Shown: piece after piece, positions 37,570-45,247 of the stretch
Position numbering within the stretch: the stretch's first letter is position 1
Layout: each line of letters opens with the position of its first letter
Source of the DNA: an uncultured Candidatus Saccharibacteria bacterium
GTDB taxonomy: Bacteria; Patescibacteriota; Saccharimonadia; CAILAD01; JADZBC01
Assembly: GCA_964413715.1 (NCBI GenBank)
Contig: CAYPSN010000002.1
Span: 66,850-119,874 of the forward strand
Direction: 5' to 3'
Length of the DNA: 53,025 nt
The notes under the pieces: model-generated
Databases searched by the model: none
What the model saw: only the letters and a program-made list of their open reading frames with translations
What the model was told of the DNA's origin: nothing
Translations under genes and position numbers: made by a program

Positions 37570-38733
37570 ACTCACGAACTCACAATGGAGCTCGCGAGCG
37601 ACCCTGGGGAGCCTCTGCAGGTTTTTTAAACCGTGCAAAGTCTACAACCCAGGGAAGGATTGTCCGGCTTTCACTCGATGGAGTGACCCGGAGCGGCTTA
37701 CCTTCGGCCGCGGCGTGATTGCGTTCGCTTCGGAGGGCACATTGGTTTTCAGGCCGCTGTGTCCGGGGTGACGAAACGCACTTTCAGCTAGTGAAGTTAA
37801 CCCCAGATCATTTGTTGATTTCCTACCGCTCTCGCGGTCGCGCGCCCATGTTGGGCCCAACACGTCGAGGTTTATACTCCTCGCAGGCTGATCTCTTCTC
37901 CTCTTCTGCCGTTATCCTCTTCCCGGGCTTGTTCCGGTCTACGCGGGCCTCCCCTGGGAGGCCAAAGGGCGACTTTACTAGCATCGAATCTGGGAGCTGC
38001 ACACTCGCGTGGCGCTCACCATGAGATGGGGGCTGGTAAAGCTAGGTCAGCTCTTTACCATGTCGGACTTCATACCACGCGTGCAAGCGTAGCCGACTTT
38101 GACCACAGATGCTGGTTTTACCCAGCTTAGGGGGATCCCCCCTGAGCACTCTGCAGCACCCTTATCCTCAGTCGTCTTCTTGGCATCCACCCCGGCCAGG
38201 GCTTCAACCATGCTGCGGGGCTATCCGCAGCTCCCTCTTTTCAGATTGGGCTTGCCAGGCCCAAACCTTGAGGTATGGCCCGACGGCGACTGATTTCCTG
38301 CCCTTTGCCTGAAGCACGTTTGTACGTGATCCGGACTCCCATGAATGGCGGGCAGGTGGCCTTGACTCTTAGCTTGCGGCTTCGAGCTGTACCACCATTC
38401 TTTTCCGATACACCTGCCTTGGCGGGCAGAATATACCACTAACTTCGTCAGCCCCGCCAAGGACCGCGATACTTGCTAAATGCGTTGGATCCTACCAAGA
38501 GGCACACTGTCACAAGCATGGAGATTTAAATGATGCCTATGGCATCACTCTGCAAAACACCGGGAGTAGGTGCGTTGCATATCATCCCTCGCGGGACTGT
38601 CAGGCTCTCCACAGCCAGGGTGCTGGGTGTTCTGTCTTGCTGTGATGTAAATATTTACAGAACCCAGCGCCTTGACTGTTGAGAACCTTTGACGATTATT
38701 TTGTAACGTTCTATGCAGTTGTTATCTGCACTG
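37570..38733 (-). ncRNA. Large (about 1.16 kb) GC-rich ORF-less structured RNA candidate
   Basis: Lies between promoter 38740-38768 and HH6. Only short Arg/Pro/Gly-rich ORFs. Numerous long helices, for example CCUUGGCGGG/CCCGCCAAGG (38413-38461) and CUGGGUUCUGU/ACAGAACACCCAG (38618-38663). Confidence 0.45.
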
Positions 38734-38739
38734 TTGAGT

Positions 38740-38768
38740 ACTATACACATTAGTCTATTTTTTGTCAA
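38740..38768 (-). promoter_or_regulatory. Consensus sigma70 promoter for the ssrA-containing transcript
   Basis: Minus strand TTGACA (38768-38763), 17-nt spacer, TATAGT (38745-38740). Confidence 0.6.
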
Positions 38769-38774
38769 TACTTT

Positions 38775-38803
38775 TTGTCAGTTTTTTTACACTTTTTTAT
38801 AAT
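38775..38803 (+). promoter_or_regulatory. Divergent sigma70-like promoter
   Basis: TTGTCA 38775-38780, 17-nt spacer, TATAAT 38798-38803. Would give a roughly 100-nt AT-rich transcript ending at the 38894-38913 hairpin. Confidence 0.4.
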
Positions 38804-38884
38804 TTTATCTATTGCTAACCTGTTGGAGCATTCGAAAAAGATAAGACTTAATAGCATAAGCATGATAGGTTTTGCCAACTTTTT

Positions 38885-38913
38885 ATAACAAAAAAGACCC
38901 TTAGTCGGGTCTT
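38885..38913 (-). terminator. Intrinsic terminator (strong on the minus strand)
   Basis: AAGACCC-GACUAA-GGGUCUU followed by UUUUGUUAUAAAAAG on the minus strand. Confidence 0.7.
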
Positions 38914-39346
38914 GATTGTGATGATTGCTTTGTGGGTGGTCGGGGTGGTGCGGATCCATGCGGATCCGCACCACCCTCGACCTTATCAACGAACCCCTGC
39001 TGCTTCAACTACGCTTGGACAGCGCGCGCCTAGTTGCCTTGTGGCTTGCGGCGTTTGACAGCATGGAGAGTTGGCCCTGACTTGACCAGGGCATGGGCGA
39101 CCTTGTATTCAGTAGCCCCAACTGCGTTGGTTAACCAACGTGGAGTCGTGGCCTAGATGCCATCTCCCATGTATTTACCTCCTGGTTCGCCCTGGTAAGG
39201 GCTGGATGTGGTGCCCTTCGTTGAGTTCGGGGGAGCGAGCATTGCCCGCTCCCCCTCGCTCCAGCCGCCCCCAACAGGGGGATGTTAGAAGGATTACAGA
39301 CCCTCTCCCATGACTTCCCCCTTGGGTAGATCGGCAACGATAGGCA
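38914..39346 (-). ncRNA. About 430-nt GC-rich ORF-less transcript candidate bounded by a promoter and a terminator
   Basis: Promoter 39353-39381 and terminator 38885-38913. Contains a 14-bp perfect hairpin GGTGGTGCGGATCC/GGATCCGCACCACC (38946-38977). Only spurious-looking ORFs. Confidence 0.5.
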
Positions 39347-39352
39347 CTTAAT

Positions 39353-39393
39353 ATGATATCAGATTGTTTCAAATTTGTCAAATAATATTGACT
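39353..39393 (-). promoter_or_regulatory. Sigma70 promoter within a TGTCAA-N6-TTGAC inverted repeat
   Basis: Minus strand TTGACA (39381-39376), 17-nt spacer, TATCAT (39358-39353). Inverted repeat 39376-39393 directly after the TrmB-like gene stop. Confidence 0.6.
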
Positions 39394-40155
39394 TTATTTT
39401 TTATCCTTAGTCCACGCTAGTTCAAATAGCTGCCTGAGAGCTCCTACGATTTCCTTACTCTCAATAACGATGCCTGCTGAAGATTTACCTTCGCTTCCAT
39501 AAGAAATCAGGAGAGCCCTGTCCTCGTACAAGTTGATGTCTGCCTGAACAGGGCTATTGAGGCGCATTGTTTCCCTCAATAAGCCTTTATCTGACGGCAC
39601 TTCATCCTTAAATGAGTATATAAGTTTACTAGATAGTCTTTTCTTTAAACGATTTTTAGGGCTAGTTTTTTCTATGTCAGGCACAAGACGAGTCACTTCA
39701 TCGTAATTGCTCATAGCGTATATCGTAGAGCCCACTCGAGCTTTTCTCCGAGTGTCCGAGGTGGTACTATTGATGCCCTCAAGGCCTTTGTAAAAACGAA
39801 CCACGGGAGCCTCTCCAGCAGAACCATGCTCCTGCTGCTTCAAACTCGGCATCAGGTTCTTCAGCTCGCTCTTCTTCGTTTCAATACTCGACTTTTGGCT
39901 GTCCAAGTAACGTTCGAGTGCCTCGGGTGGTTCGGCTACGAAAACAGTTTTTTTACCTTCTGTAGACTGGCTTACTAATCCCATTTCGGCTAGTTCATCT
40001 AGTATTACGTAAGTGGTAGCACGGTTAACCTCGGACTGCTGTGCGATCTTTTGTGCACTAGCTGAACCTAGAAAAAGCGCGGCCACGTACACACGTGCCT
40101 GCTTGTCGGCCAGGCCTACAGATTGTAATTTAGCTGCGAGTTCAATAATTTGCAT
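39394..40155 (-). CDS. TrmB-family transcriptional regulator (paralog 1)
   Basis: N-terminal wHTH LGLADKQARVYVAALFLGSASAQKIAQQSEVNRATTYVILDELAEMGLV, a coiled-coil linker and a C-terminal domain. Start moved to MQIIEL (40155). Confidence 0.8.
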   Translation of the reverse strand: MQIIELAAKLQSVGLADKQARVYVAALFLGSASAQKIAQQSEVNRATTYVILDELAEMGLVSQSTEGKKTVFVAEPPEALERYLDSQKSSIETKKSELKNLMPSLKQQEHGSAGEAPVVRFYKGLEGINSTTSDTRRKARVGSTIYAMSNYDEVTRLVPDIEKTSPKNRLKKRLSSKLIYSFKDEVPSDKGLLRETMRLNSPVQADINLYEDRALLISYGSEGKSSAGIVIESKEIVGALRQLFELAWTKDKK

Positions 40156-40162
40156 GTGTTTA

Positions 40163-40191
40163 AATATACTACATTTGTCAAAATTTGTCAA
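40163..40191 (-). promoter_or_regulatory. Promoter of TrmB paralog 1 (apparently leaderless)
   Basis: TTGACA (40191-40186), 17-nt spacer, TATATT (40168-40163), then 7 nt to ATG 40155. Second TGTCAA copy at 40176-40181. Confidence 0.55.
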
Positions 40192-40266
40192 CAATATATC
40201 AATTTAACCTGTACAAATACGTAATAATGTTGTAGAATAAGTTGTCTCTACCGAAAGGGGACTTCC

Positions 40267-40545
40267 GTGGCAACCAGAACATGGTCAGATTTCTTGGCCA
40301 CCACCGGTGGCCTCTACGACATCAAGGTCGACACTTCTGGCACAGAGCCACAGGTCTGCACTGATGGATTCGATTACACCAAGCTCGAGAGGCGCACCCT
40401 CGACTCTCTAGACTGCGGCATTACTCGAATCTTCATCAACAACGCGATTCAGCACGGTAAACCCCCGTCTCCCCTAGCCGGAAGACATGGACGAACCTGC
40501 ACCTCGTGCCAGACCTACATGGCAGGCGCTCAAAACGCCAATTAA
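40267..40545 (+). CDS. GC-rich hypothetical protein (92 aa)
   Basis: GTG 40267 after AAAGGGGA. High GC3. Confidence 0.45.
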   Translation: MATRTWSDFLATTGGLYDIKVDTSGTEPQVCTDGFDYTKLERRTLDSLDCGITRIFINNAIQHGKPPSPLAGRHGRTCTSCQTYMAGAQNAN

Positions 40546-40546
40546 G

Positions 40547-40580
40547 CTAGGCCGCACCCCATCCACGGGGTGCGGCCTAG
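40547..40580 (+). terminator. GC hairpin terminator
   Basis: CTAGGCCGCACCCC-ATCCAC-GGGGTGCGGCCTAG. Confidence 0.6.
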
Positions 40581-40588
40581 AATACTTT

Positions 40589-41989
40589 ATGGACAATTTC
40601 GTTCGTGGTATTATTGGTTTGATAAGCACAAGAGTAATCATGCCGCCGAAAGAACATATTGCAAGACCGCAAGAAGATGAATCAAGGAGGGTTTTTCCGA
40701 GAATATCGCCCACCGAGGATCCTCTCGATAAGCTCACCGTAAAACAGCTATCCGACCTACCTGAATCAGTTCATGACCTGACTGAAAAAGACGATTACCG
40801 GGAGACCGATGTGCCATTATACGCCGCAATTAAGGCGGAACAAAGGCTTGAGGATAGAGCCCCGACTACTGCGGATGACGAATTGACGCTAGAAGAGTTA
40901 ACGAGAATTAATGACAATATTGATGCCTTTTTGCAGATTCATAATATCGACCTAGATGAAGCACGTCACGATCCAAAATTTGTTCACTCATTAGCGAACA
41001 TGGGTCTAGCTCAGATGGAGCGCGTAGTACTTATGGGCAAGATCCTCGACACGATGCCAAACTTGCTAACGGACGATGCAACTGTACAAAGCCACAGATT
41101 CGAGTCAGCAGATGACCACGTATTTCGACTTTGCATTAATCAATTGCGAGCTTTTCGACAGCTCCCCACCAGCGGAGTAAGCCTCGCAGAAAACGAAGCT
41201 TATGACCCAGCGTGGCGCCGTAAGATTGCACTCATGGCCGATAAAATCCTAAAGGAATTACTGCTTGCAGACAAACAAGAAGGCGAGGAGAAAACACCTG
41301 ACCCCGAAATAGAAGCTGCCGCTAGAAAGTTACTCGAGATTCCTCAGAGTAACGTTGAGGCTGCATTCATTCAGCTTTTAGCGCAAGGCAACATTGAACA
41401 TATCGACTGGAGGCTACTGCCAAAAGAAGTAACCGGCAAGCCTGGCAGGGATCGAAAAGAGCTTTTACCGGAAGAGGTCACAACTCGTGTTTTCAGCCCT
41501 GAAAGAGCTCAAAATTTTATGGATTTCTACGATGCTTTTGGCGGCAAGATCGTCACAACGGAGTTCGACTCAGAAAGCACCAAATACCCATATTACGGTG
41601 TGATATTCGAGGTAGAAGGCAGCAAACAAACGTCTGAAGGGACAAGGATTCCAACAACTTTTGAAGTCGCATATTTAGAAAGAACTGCGGAGAATATGCG
41701 ATTTAGGAGGTCGAAGAATCCAAACCCACAACCTGGCGAACCATTATATAAAGTCCTCTTAGAGCGCGGTAGCCTGGAGCCTACAACCGAGGGTCATGAC
41801 GGAACGTACATTCTTGTAGCGGAGAAGCCTGGTGAATGGAAAGGAACTTTTGCCAAAGACGTTAGTCGTGCAGAAGCAAAGATGCGGAGAGCCCGTATGG
41901 TTCCCCATCGAGGTGAAGATAGGGGTCAATGGATGGATCGAGTTCTAGCAGTAATACAAGAAGAGCTGGACAAAGCAGAGAACGAATAG
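40589..41989 (+). CDS. Acidic hypothetical protein (466 aa)
   Basis: ORF-track frame 40487-41989. Start placed at the first ATG after the terminator (40589). Weak RBS, so the start is uncertain. Confidence 0.55.
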   Translation: MDNFVRGIIGLISTRVIMPPKEHIARPQEDESRRVFPRISPTEDPLDKLTVKQLSDLPESVHDLTEKDDYRETDVPLYAAIKAEQRLEDRAPTTADDELTLEELTRINDNIDAFLQIHNIDLDEARHDPKFVHSLANMGLAQMERVVLMGKILDTMPNLLTDDATVQSHRFESADDHVFRLCINQLRAFRQLPTSGVSLAENEAYDPAWRRKIALMADKILKELLLADKQEGEEKTPDPEIEAAARKLLEIPQSNVEAAFIQLLAQGNIEHIDWRLLPKEVTGKPGRDRKELLPEEVTTRVFSPERAQNFMDFYDAFGGKIVTTEFDSESTKYPYYGVIFEVEGSKQTSEGTRIPTTFEVAYLERTAENMRFRRSKNPNPQPGEPLYKVLLERGSLEPTTEGHDGTYILVAEKPGEWKGTFAKDVSRAEAKMRRARMVPHRGEDRGQWMDRVLAVIQEELDKAENE

Positions 41990-42004
41990 TCAAATCACTT
42001 AAAC

Positions 42005-42032
42005 TAAAAAACTCGAGTAATCTCGAGTTTTT
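42005..42032. terminator. Bidirectional intrinsic terminator
   Basis: AAAAAACTCGAG-TAAT-CTCGAGTTTTTT. Confidence 0.8.
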
Positions 42033-42036
42033 TAGT

Positions 42037-42126
<90 letters not shown>

Positions 42127-42156
42127 CGAACTGGTATAGTTTAGCCGAAAACCAGG

Positions 42157-42936
42157 TTATTTTCTAGACTTGCCGCTACCAGCGTTCGCGCTTGCAACTC
42201 CTGTTTTTACCAATGTAAAAATCTGCTTCATTGCCTCGGCTATCTGTGGGCTCTCTATAATCGTACCGATAACTTCTTCGCCGTATGAAATCAGTGCGGT
42301 TTTGTTGCCATACACATATAGGTTCACAGGCGCCGTAAAGGCTTCGCGCGGCGCCCAGGCCATGTCTCGGAGCATTGCTTTGTCATGTTCACGACCGTAG
42401 CGGATATTATCTTCTTCAGCCGGTTCTATACCGTGCGCTTTTATACCCAGTTTGGCCCGCTGCTCCATGTGCTTGTACAAATCTTTGCCCAACACGTTAA
42501 AGTCAGCATCCGAGCGGATAAAGTAAATGTCTTTACCCGTCCTACGCTGGTCTTCGTACATCTTTATAATCCCTTCTTTACCCTGGAAGAAGCGCACGCC
42601 AGGCTGATGCTGATAGGTGTAGAAGTAATTCAGTAGCTGCGGCATGCTGTCTCGCACCAGTTTTTCGGTAGCAAGAATCTCCTTACGTTTTTCTTCGATA
42701 AGTCGCTCTAAATTTGTGGGGTTGGCGGGATGATAACTCAGCTTTTTGCCAGATTCATCCTTCTCAACAAGACCTAGTGCGCACAACTTGTCGAGAATCA
42801 TATAACAATTTGTACGTGTTTCACCAATCTTTTCAGCCAACTCTGGGGGTGTTAAATCACCAAACTTTATAAGCGTAATATATGCTTTTGCCTGGCTTTT
42901 GGTTAAGCCTATTTGTTGTAAGAGTTCTGCATTCAT
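42157..42936 (-). CDS. TrmB-family transcriptional regulator (paralog 2)
   Basis: IGLTKSQAKAYITLIKFGDLTPPELAEKIGETRTNCYMILDKLCALGLV wHTH. 259 aa. Confidence 0.8.
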   Translation of the reverse strand: MNAELLQQIGLTKSQAKAYITLIKFGDLTPPELAEKIGETRTNCYMILDKLCALGLVEKDESGKKLSYHPANPTNLERLIEEKRKEILATEKLVRDSMPQLLNYFYTYQHQPGVRFFQGKEGIIKMYEDQRRTGKDIYFIRSDADFNVLGKDLYKHMEQRAKLGIKAHGIEPAEEDNIRYGREHDKAMLRDMAWAPREAFTAPVNLYVYGNKTALISYGEEVIGTIIESPQIAEAMKQIFTLVKTGVASANAGSGKSRK

Positions 42937-42942
42937 GCTTCA

Positions 42943-42984
42943 ATTCTACTCTCTATATTCATTTTTGTCAAGCGTATTTTGACA
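42943..42984 (-). promoter_or_regulatory. Promoter of TrmB paralog 2 (leaderless) within a TGTCAA-N7-TTGACA palindrome
   Basis: TTGACA (42971-42966), 17-nt spacer, TAGAAT (42948-42943), then 6 nt to ATG 42936. Palindrome spans 42966-42984. Confidence 0.6.
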
Positions 42985-43033
42985 TAAATGTGTTAATTTT
43001 CTATCTGTAAGGTAAGTATTTGTTTATTTTATA

Positions 43034-43062
43034 TTGACTATTTAATGCTTTTATTATATACT
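43034..43062 (+). promoter_or_regulatory. Strong sigma70 promoter of the hammerhead-punctuated operon
   Basis: TTGACT 43034-43039, 17-nt spacer, TATACT 43057-43062. GC content jumps immediately downstream. Confidence 0.65.
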
Positions 43063-43119
43063 TCCCCAGGCTCAAGCAACCCCGCTAGAGCCAGCACCTC
43101 GACACGCCTAGGAGGCGAC

Positions 43120-43272
43120 ATGCACGACGATCAAGAGTGGTTCGACAACCGGGACCTCCTCCCCCGCGGAATCATCCTCGGAGTGAGGCCGAAGCCCACG
43201 AACACGCAAAGCAACACGCTGAGCGACGCACTCGAAGACCTGCTGGAGCGGCGCTTCCTGCGCCGACTCTGA
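43120..43272 (+). CDS. Small hypothetical protein (50 aa), first ORF of the operon
   Basis: ATG 43120 follows GGAGG by 5 nt. Sequence MHDDQEWFDNRDLLPRG... Confidence 0.45.
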   Translation: MHDDQEWFDNRDLLPRGIILGVRPKPTNTQSNTLSDALEDLLERRFLRRL

Positions 43273-43316
43273 CGAGGCAACAAGGTAAACGGGGCGGTAC
43301 CTACAAACCCGCCCCC

Positions 43317-43373
43317 CTGACTCGGAGAGTAACGCGCTCTCCCTGACGATGACCGCGCACGGTCGAAAGTCAG
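43317..43373 (+). ncRNA. Type III hammerhead ribozyme (HH1) preceded by a hairpin
   Basis: CUGACU-C (cleavage after 43323), stem I GGAGAG-UAACGCG-CUCUCC, CUGACGA, one extra U, stem II GACCG-CGCA-CGGUC, GAAA, GUCAG. Hairpin GGGGCGG/CCGCCCC at 43291-43315. Confidence 0.8.
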
Positions 43374-43397
43374 CCGCACCTTGAACCAAGGAGAACA

Positions 43398-44003
43398 ATG
43401 AGCACCCCAGCCCTACTGAAAGTCGTCCTGACGGGCGGTCCCTGCGCCGGAAAGACCACGGTCTTCCGCCGCATCGAGCAAGAGTACGGACACCTGGTAA
43501 CGCTGGTGCCCGAAGTAGCCACCATGCTGCTCTCGAGCGGCTACCCCATGCCCGGACGCGACCTCGACTGGTCGCCCGGCTGGCGAGACAGCTTCCAGCG
43601 AGCCATCGCCACGGTCCAGGAAGAGGTAGAGGCGGCCTACGAAATGCGAGCTAAGGAGCGAGGTCACCGCCTCCTCCTGACCGACCGAGGCCTGATGGAC
43701 GGAGCGGCCTACTACGACAGCCGAGCTGAGTTCCTGAGCGCAACCGGAATCGACCATGGCACTGCCCTGGCTCGATACCAGGCGGTCATCCACCTCGAAT
43801 CCGTCGCCATCGCTCAGCCGGAGCTCTACTCGAAGGGCAACAACCCCTTCCGCTTCGAGACACTTGAGGAGGCCATCCCTCTCGAGGCCAAAACCCGAAG
43901 CGCTTGGGCTGGCCACCCACAGCACACCATCCTGGAGGGCGCCGACCTCGACTACAAGGTTAGCGGTACGCTCAGGGTGCTCGCGGCCTACCTGCAGGCA
44001 TGA
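43398..44003 (+). CDS. P-loop NTPase/kinase-like protein (AAA_28/NadR-kinase-like)
   Basis: Walker A GGPCAGKTT. Roughly 200-aa single-domain P-loop protein. RBS AAGGAG. Confidence 0.65.
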   Translation: MSTPALLKVVLTGGPCAGKTTVFRRIEQEYGHLVTLVPEVATMLLSSGYPMPGRDLDWSPGWRDSFQRAIATVQEEVEAAYEMRAKERGHRLLLTDRGLMDGAAYYDSRAEFLSATGIDHGTALARYQAVIHLESVAIAQPELYSKGNNPFRFETLEEAIPLEAKTRSAWAGHPQHTILEGADLDYKVSGTLRVLAAYLQA

Positions 44004-44041
44004 GCAGTGCAAGGTTCCGGGAGGTCCTTTAAAAACCTCCC

Positions 44042-44094
44042 CTGACTCGCGGAGTGAGTGCTCCGCCTGACGAGCCGGAAACGGCGAAAGTCAG
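44042..44094 (+). ncRNA. Type III hammerhead ribozyme (HH2) preceded by a hairpin
   Basis: CUGACU-C (cleavage after 44048), stem I GCGGAG-UGAGUG-CUCCGC, CUGACGA, stem II GCCG-GAAA-CGGC, GAAA, GUCAG. Hairpin GGGAGGU/ACCUCCC at 44019-44041. Confidence 0.85.
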
Positions 44095-44117
44095 TCCGCA
44101 CCTTGAAGGAGGCTTAC

Positions 44118-44696
44118 ATGCCCACTGAACCGAACAACCCTATCGACGAGATCTTCATCTCGGTCGATATCGAGTGCGACGGGGACATCCCCGGCGACTA
44201 CTCGATGCTCAGCATCGGGGCCACTACCCTCGGCAACAGGTACGATCGCGACTTCTACGTCGAACTCCGGCCCATGACCGAACGGTACAACCCCGACAGC
44301 CTGGCAGTAGCCAGCCTGGACCGCACTCGTCTGCTCCGCGAGGGAGTGCCAGCTCAGGTAGCGATGGCTCGGTTTGCAGCCTGGATCGAGGAAGTCCGCG
44401 GACTCCATGGAGACGCCAAAGCGGTGTGTGTCACTCTCAGCGAGTGGGATAACGGCTGGCTCTACTGGTACTTCGTCCACTTCCTGGGCCAAAAGCCCCT
44501 CGGCTTCACCGGCATCGACATCAAGAGCTACTTCATGGGCAAGCATGACCTGAAGGAGTTCGCGGGCACACCCCGAACCGAGATGCTGAAGCACTACCCG
44601 AGTGAGATCGAGCACACGCACAACGCGCTCGACGACGCCCGGGAGCAAGCCGAGATCTTCTGGGCAATGTACCGAGCCCAGCCTCCACAGGCCTAA
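44118..44696 (+). CDS. DEDDh 3'-5' exonuclease (DnaQ-like fold)
   Basis: ExoI SVDIECDG, ExoIII HNALDDAREQA. ATG 44118 after GAAGGAGG. Confidence 0.75.
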   Translation: MPTEPNNPIDEIFISVDIECDGDIPGDYSMLSIGATTLGNRYDRDFYVELRPMTERYNPDSLAVASLDRTRLLREGVPAQVAMARFAAWIEEVRGLHGDAKAVCVTLSEWDNGWLYWYFVHFLGQKPLGFTGIDIKSYFMGKHDLKEFAGTPRTEMLKHYPSEIEHTHNALDDAREQAEIFWAMYRAQPPQA

Positions 44697-44738
44697 GAGA
44701 CACAGAGGTAACCGGGGTGGTACCTACAAACCCGCCCC

Positions 44739-44791
44739 CTGACTCGCGGAGTGAGTGCTCCGCCTGACGAGCCGGAAACGGCGAAAGTCAG
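44739..44791 (+). ncRNA. Type III hammerhead ribozyme (HH3) preceded by a hairpin
   Basis: Ribozyme sequence identical to HH2 (cleavage after 44745). Hairpin GGGGUGG/CCGCCCC at 44714-44738. Confidence 0.85.
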
Positions 44792-44816
44792 TCCGCACCT
44801 TGAACTAAGGAGACCG

Positions 44817-45119
44817 ATGAGAATCGTTCGTCAAGGATCTATCCCGCCCGACCGCAACATCCAGCGAGGAACTTGCAGGCACTGCGGCACAGTGGTGGAA
44901 GCCAACATAACCACTGAGTGCAACCGGCGTACAACGACCAGGGACATTTACACTGATTATGACCCGGATGGACGACCGCCCTACTACTACAGCAAGACTG
45001 TCACGACCGAATACTTTGAGACGGGTTGTCCAGTCTGCTCAAGGCCAATCTGTGTATCCTCGAGGGAAATCTCGAGTACCCATCGGCCGGATGCACCAAA
45101 AGAAAAGTGGAGCATGTAG
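44817..45119 (+). CDS. Small zinc-ribbon-like protein (100 aa)
   Basis: CRHC...CPVC cysteine pairs. ATG 44817 after AAGGAG. Confidence 0.5.
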   Translation: MRIVRQGSIPPDRNIQRGTCRHCGTVVEANITTECNRRTTTRDIYTDYDPDGRPPYYYSKTVTTEYFETGCPVCSRPICVSSREISSTHRPDAPKEKWSM

Positions 45120-45161
45120 GTAGGCGCACAAGGTTCCGGGAGGTCCTTTCAAAACCTCCCC

Positions 45162-45216
45162 CGACTCGGAGAGTAATGCGCTCTCCCTGACGATGACCGC
45201 GCACGGTCGAAAGTCG
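45162..45216 (+). ncRNA. Type III hammerhead ribozyme (HH4) preceded by a hairpin
   Basis: CGACU-C (cleavage after 45167), stem I GGAGAG-UAAUGCG-CUCUCC, CUGACGA, extra U, stem II GACCG-CGCA-CGGUC, GAAA, GUCG. Hairpin GGGAGGU/ACCUCCC at 45138-45160. Confidence 0.8.
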
Positions 45217-45247
45217 GTATACTGTATAATCTACGAAAAGGAGTTGC

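Noticed and set aside
38221-38285. GGGCCUGGCAAGCCC...AAAAGAGGGAG on the minus strand, superficially like the twister ribozyme P4 loop and 3' strand
   Set aside because: The required P2 and T1 pseudoknot partners (GCC after P2, UAA cleavage context) are absent.
37642-38460. ORFs of 64-101 aa on both strands inside the large non-coding block (37642-37863, 37719-38024, 38099-38312, 38221-38460)
   Set aside because: No RBS, mutually overlapping on both strands, and Arg/Pro/Gly/Ser-rich. They are consistent with non-coding GC-rich sequence.
38401-38461. CUGACGA on the minus strand (38448-38442) as a possible ninth hammerhead
   Set aside because: Seven unpaired nt follow the box before any helix, no properly placed GAAA or stem III exists, and the segment is better explained by the 10-bp helix CCUUGGCGGG/CCCGCCAAGG.
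39131-39381. Two overlapping 68-aa minus-strand ORFs, and two 5-codon mini-ORFs (MGEGL, MGDGI) with SD-like sequences
   Set aside because: The long ORFs are Arg/Pro/Gly-rich with a TTG start or no RBS. The mini-ORF sequences (CAUGGGAGA) are better explained as helix strands complementary to UCUCCAUG.
45223-45230. TGTATAAT after HH4 as an extended -10 internal promoter for the cmk-like gene
   Set aside because: The TG is not at the -15/-14 position and there is no -35 box. It is kept only as a note in the module-shuffling finding and not called as a promoter.
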